Shown in pieces: positions 35,675 through 38,467 of a stretch of DNA of 38,467 nt (position 1 is the first letter of the stretch; every line of letters starts with the position of its first letter). The notes under the pieces were generated by a model. That model saw only the letters and a list, made by a program, of their open reading frames with translations, had not been told where the DNA came from and searched no databases. Position numbers and translations under genes: made by a program. This DNA is from a virus. Lineage: Duplodnaviria; Caudoviricetes. The stretch is from the IMG/VR virus record IMGVR_UViG_3300046048_000504, positions 1 through 38,467 of that record; one strand, written 5' to 3'.

Positions 35675-36292
35675 TTAGTATGATTGAGAGAATAAGATGC
35701 GACTGGTCAAGGCAGTTTTGTGCTGTGTCGGCACATTACCATAGCCATAGACACCCGGCAACCTACGCTCATAAACGGTTCCACGTGTCACCACGGAAAC
35801 AGCGTCATTTGCGGAAGGTTTCACATCGTTTTTCAGAACACCATTCGGTTCCGGAGCTGCACCTGCTGTCGCTCCACCCGTTCCGGTGGACAGCCAGATA
35901 ACATCCAGAGCCGTTAATGAACCGATTGAGGTCCCGACGGTCAGTGTGTCATAGACCTCACTGGTTGTCTGGTCCACAGCCGTAATTGCGTATGCCTCGC
36001 CTCCGTCGGCACCGGTGGAGATAATATCTCCCACAGCGAGACAATGTCCTTTTTTCACTTGGATGGACGTGTGCGGGGTACTGGTATTTGCGTGAACTGT
36101 TGCCAGTTTAGCAAAGGTAACCAGTCTGGTTGACTCGTCATAGACGCATAACTCTCCTTTCTGGACGTTTTGATCCGTCTCGAAATTCATGTCAGAATCC
36201 AGCGTCAACCCTCCGGGAACATCCTCCAAATTTTTGGACTGAAACACCTCCATGCCTTGTGTGCCGGAGGTTGAAGTTATTTGAAGTCCCAT
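35675..36292 (-). CDS. head decoration protein
   Basis: Precedes the capsid gene; VPGGLTL...GVL...VVTRGTVYERRLP with an inserted beta domain. Confidence 0.7.
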   Translation of the reverse strand: MGLQITSTSGTQGMEVFQSKNLEDVPGGLTLDSDMNFETDQNVQKGELCVYDESTRLVTFAKLATVHANTSTPHTSIQVKKGHCLAVGDIISTGADGGEAYAITAVDQTTSEVYDTLTVGTSIGSLTALDVIWLSTGTGGATAGAAPEPNGVLKNDVKPSANDAVSVVTRGTVYERRLPGVYGYGNVPTQHKTALTSRILFSQSY

Positions 36293-36314
36293 TTTGTTGT
36301 TTTTTTTAAAATGA

Positions 36315-36989
36315 TTATTCGGGTAATTTCACCACGTTCGTCTGCTTTTCCTCGTTAACGAGGTTTTTAGCAAATTGCTCGATTTTTGACTTGGTCACAT
36401 CTCCAGTGGTTCCCAGAGACAATCCGGGAATCGGATGTTGTTTCAAAACTTCATCCACAGTGGACTGTTTAATCTCGTTAAACTCCTTTTCCAAGGTTGT
36501 GACCATGGATTCAATCTCCTCCTCTTTCTCAACAGTTACCCGGCCCACCCATGTTTTCGGCAATCCTTTCTTTTCAAGTGCTGCCGATGCGAGTGTTCGC
36601 AATCTGTCCTGTTCCGCTTTTTTCTGTTGACCTGTCAATGCCTCAGTAAGTGCGTCAATCTTTTTTTCGAGTTCGCCAATCTTAGGATCGTCGGCCTCAT
36701 TCGGGTTCCCCTTGCTCATTTTCTTAGTTACCTTTTCAATCGCTGCGGTTACCCGTCGATCTGTTTCACTCTGAATCATTTCTCCGACAGTTGCCTTGAT
36801 TTGTTTTTCAAGGTCCTCGTCAAGTCCAGCATCCTTTAAAATGCTGGCAAGTGTTGGCTTTGCAGCTTTCTCTTTGAGAGCTGCGATTTGAGTGGCCAGC
36901 TCGTCATCACTTGTAGCCGTAATTTGGTCGATCAAGTCCTCTGACAGACCTGCTTTTTTCAGTGCTGCCAGTATGAGTTCTTTGTCCAT
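36315..36989 (-). CDS. capsid scaffolding protein
   Basis: Charged coiled coil with QSETDRRVTAA motif; upstream of the decoration and capsid genes. Confidence 0.8.
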   Translation of the reverse strand: MDKELILAALKKAGLSEDLIDQITATSDDELATQIAALKEKAAKPTLASILKDAGLDEDLEKQIKATVGEMIQSETDRRVTAAIEKVTKKMSKGNPNEADDPKIGELEKKIDALTEALTGQQKKAEQDRLRTLASAALEKKGLPKTWVGRVTVEKEEEIESMVTTLEKEFNEIKQSTVDEVLKQHPIPGLSLGTTGDVTKSKIEQFAKNLVNEEKQTNVVKLPE

Positions 36990-37005
36990 CTGTTATAATT
37001 TAAGT

Positions 37006-37503
37006 TTATAATGTTGATACATAACGTTTTCCATTCACTAAAAAAATGACTTTCCATTTAGGCATCGAGGCCACTTTGAAAGCCTTTCTCAGTTCTGCTG
37101 TGTAATGGTTGAGCAAATTCAGCTCGTTCAGGATCGTTCCCTCGAAATGAATACGGAACACTCGTTTTTTTCCGCTATCCACCTCCAGTCCTTTCGGCAA
37201 TTTGGACTTATCCCATAATACCATTTTCGGCAGATCGGCAGGTGCAAATGGAAAAATGGATGCTCCCATTTTCACGGGACCACCCATTACCGGCTCAGGG
37301 GTCCTCTCTGGGTCCCCGCCCGACTGCGGGCTGTCAGTTACCGGTGTTGATTTTGACTCCTCTGGTTTTTTCTCCACGGGAGGAACTGGTTTCTCCTCTA
37401 TTGGAGCGGGTTTGGGAGCGGGTTTCTTAGCTGCTGGTTTTGCAGCCGGTTTTTTTGTTGCTGGCTTACCTTTGGCTGCGGGAGCCTTTTTGGTTTCAGT
37501 CAT
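37006..37503 (-). CDS. Lys/Pro/Ala-rich protein, first gene of the late operon
   Basis: KKAPAAKGKPATKKPAAKPAAKKPAPKPAP low-complexity N-terminus and a small folded C-domain. Confidence 0.7.
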   Translation of the reverse strand: MTETKKAPAAKGKPATKKPAAKPAAKKPAPKPAPIEEKPVPPVEKKPEESKSTPVTDSPQSGGDPERTPEPVMGGPVKMGASIFPFAPADLPKMVLWDKSKLPKGLEVDSGKKRVFRIHFEGTILNELNLLNHYTAELRKAFKVASMPKWKVIFLVNGKRYVSTL

Positions 37504-37508
37504 ATAGA

Positions 37509-37566
37509 TGCTATTTAGTACGCAATCAATTACGCAAATATAAACATCTATACGGATAAAATCAAC
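37509..37566 (-). promoter_or_regulatory. Bacteroidota-type promoter for the structural operon with a downstream operator-like box
   Basis: GTTG (37566-37563)-N20-TATATTTG (37542-37535); GTACTAAATAGCA on the minus strand at 37521-37509. Confidence 0.7.
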
Positions 37567-37584
37567 ATAAAGTTTTCATCATGC

Positions 37585-37609
37585 AAAAAAAAACGGCCCG
37601 GAGGCCGTT
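37585..37609 (-). terminator. Rho-independent terminator separating early genes from the late operon
   Basis: AACGGCC-TCCG-GGCCGTT followed by a T tract on the minus strand. Confidence 0.85.
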
Positions 37610-37632
37610 GTGAAATGAGAGAGGGAGAGGAG

Positions 37633-38130
37633 TTAATTGTCCATGTAAACCATCATGTCGTATTCCTTTTTCGACAGTGGCCGGACCTCTCTAATCCCAT
37701 ATTTCTCATAAGCCTCATGAGCCAGCGTCTCAGCCTCTCTCTGATTACAGGCCATGACCGAGTTCCATCCTCCCGCCCTGAACTCAACCAGATACATTTT
37801 TTTGACTGGCCTCTCAAAGTCAGGGAAACGGCCACTCCGCTCGTCGATGAAATTGGAACTGGAACAGGAAAAATCATTCGCATGGTCACAGGTCCAGACC
37901 ATTTTCTCCATGCTCCAAGTGATCCCGCCCTTGAACTTTTTCGGAGCCGAGGGTCTACGGAACCATATCTCAGTATGGCTGTTTTTGCTATTAACCTCCT
38001 CGGTGTAAGCGTGTGCGATTGTTACTCCAGTCCAGCCTTTATCAGCGATAGCCTCATAAAACATCGAAACTGCATAGCTGGGAATCTCTTTGAATTTCGA
38101 GGACCCGAATGTTACAAGTGTTTTTTTCAT
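37633..38130 (-). CDS. hypothetical protein (165 aa)
   Basis: Clean ORF with a TTAACCAAAAACCACT leader like the other early genes. Confidence 0.75.
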   Translation of the reverse strand: MKKTLVTFGSSKFKEIPSYAVSMFYEAIADKGWTGVTIAHAYTEEVNSKNSHTEIWFRRPSAPKKFKGGITWSMEKMVWTCDHANDFSCSSSNFIDERSGRFPDFERPVKKMYLVEFRAGGWNSVMACNQREAETLAHEAYEKYGIREVRPLSKKEYDMMVYMDN

Positions 38131-38165
38131 GATAGTGGTTTTTGGTTAAACTTTCTGTATTGTGA

Positions 38166-38399
38166 TTAGAACTTGTCATACTCCTCTTTGGTTATCTCAA
38201 CCCACTCCAACCAAGCGTCGGTCACCATCTGAGTCGAGTGGTGAACCTTGTACTCCTTTTCTCCGGGGAACTTGCAGAACCATTCCTTGCTGTTCCCGAC
38301 TATGGAGCGGACAACGGTTCCCATCCATTCATTTCTCAGAAACACCGGACCCCGCCTGACTCTCTCGCTTTTTTCGCTCTCTTTCATGATAACCTCCAT
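38166..38399 (-). CDS. small hypothetical protein (start may be 38387)
   Basis: Clean ORF downstream of the promoter-like region. Confidence 0.7.
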   Translation of the reverse strand: MEVIMKESEKSERVRRGPVFLRNEWMGTVVRSIVGNSKEWFCKFPGEKEYKVHHSTQMVTDAWLEWVEITKEEYDKF

Positions 38400-38400
38400 A

Positions 38401-38443
38401 TAAATATACGAAATATATCAATACAAGTTCCAAATTATTTGGA
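38401..38443 (-). promoter_or_regulatory. putative promoter P5 with palindrome TCCAAATTATTTGGA
   Basis: TATATTTA at 38408-38401; CCAAA-N3-TTTGG at 38430-38442 as in P1-P3, with a slightly longer spacer. Confidence 0.5.
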
Positions 38444-38467
38444 TTTTTTTTGCTGAAAAATCACATC

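Noticed and set aside
37503-37552. 8-bp inverted repeat TATAGATG/CATCTATA around the late -7 element as an invertible promoter
   Set aside because: The repeats are too short and close, exclude the -33 element, touch the start codon, and no recombinase is present.
1-38467. Stop-codon reassignment as in some Bacteroidota phages
   Set aside because: Genes are intact and tightly packed under the standard code, with TAA, TAG and TGA all used as stops.

Overview
This window is a segment of a tailed dsDNA phage genome (siphovirus-type), almost certainly infecting a Bacteroidota host. Host evidence is TTTG-N20-TAnnTTTG promoters, A-rich translation leaders and Bacteroidota-phage-like structural and lysis genes. 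All credible genes lie on the minus strand. A ~33.5 kb late operon (37503 to 4082) encodes, in order: scaffold, decoration protein, major capsid, connectors, tail tube, a frameshifting chaperone, tape measure, distal tail and a 2334-aa tail-tip/fibre. These are followed by a ~14 kb accessory appendage region and a lysis cassette. Clusters of small early-type genes flank the operon; on the left they are organised as near-identical promoter cassettes. The most notable points are: (1) a sulfotransferase and a divergent SPOUT methyltransferase embedded among fibre genes; (2) a modular appendage kit of 20-aa repeat proteins, C-terminal strand repeats and two BppU-like adaptors; (3) a truncated TopoVI-A/Mini-A-like gene at the left edge that the ORF track misses; (4) repeated promoter cassettes carrying two palindromes. 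No terminase, portal, integrase, reverse transcriptase, CRISPR array or tRNA was seen. All family assignments come from motif recognition by eye, not database searches.
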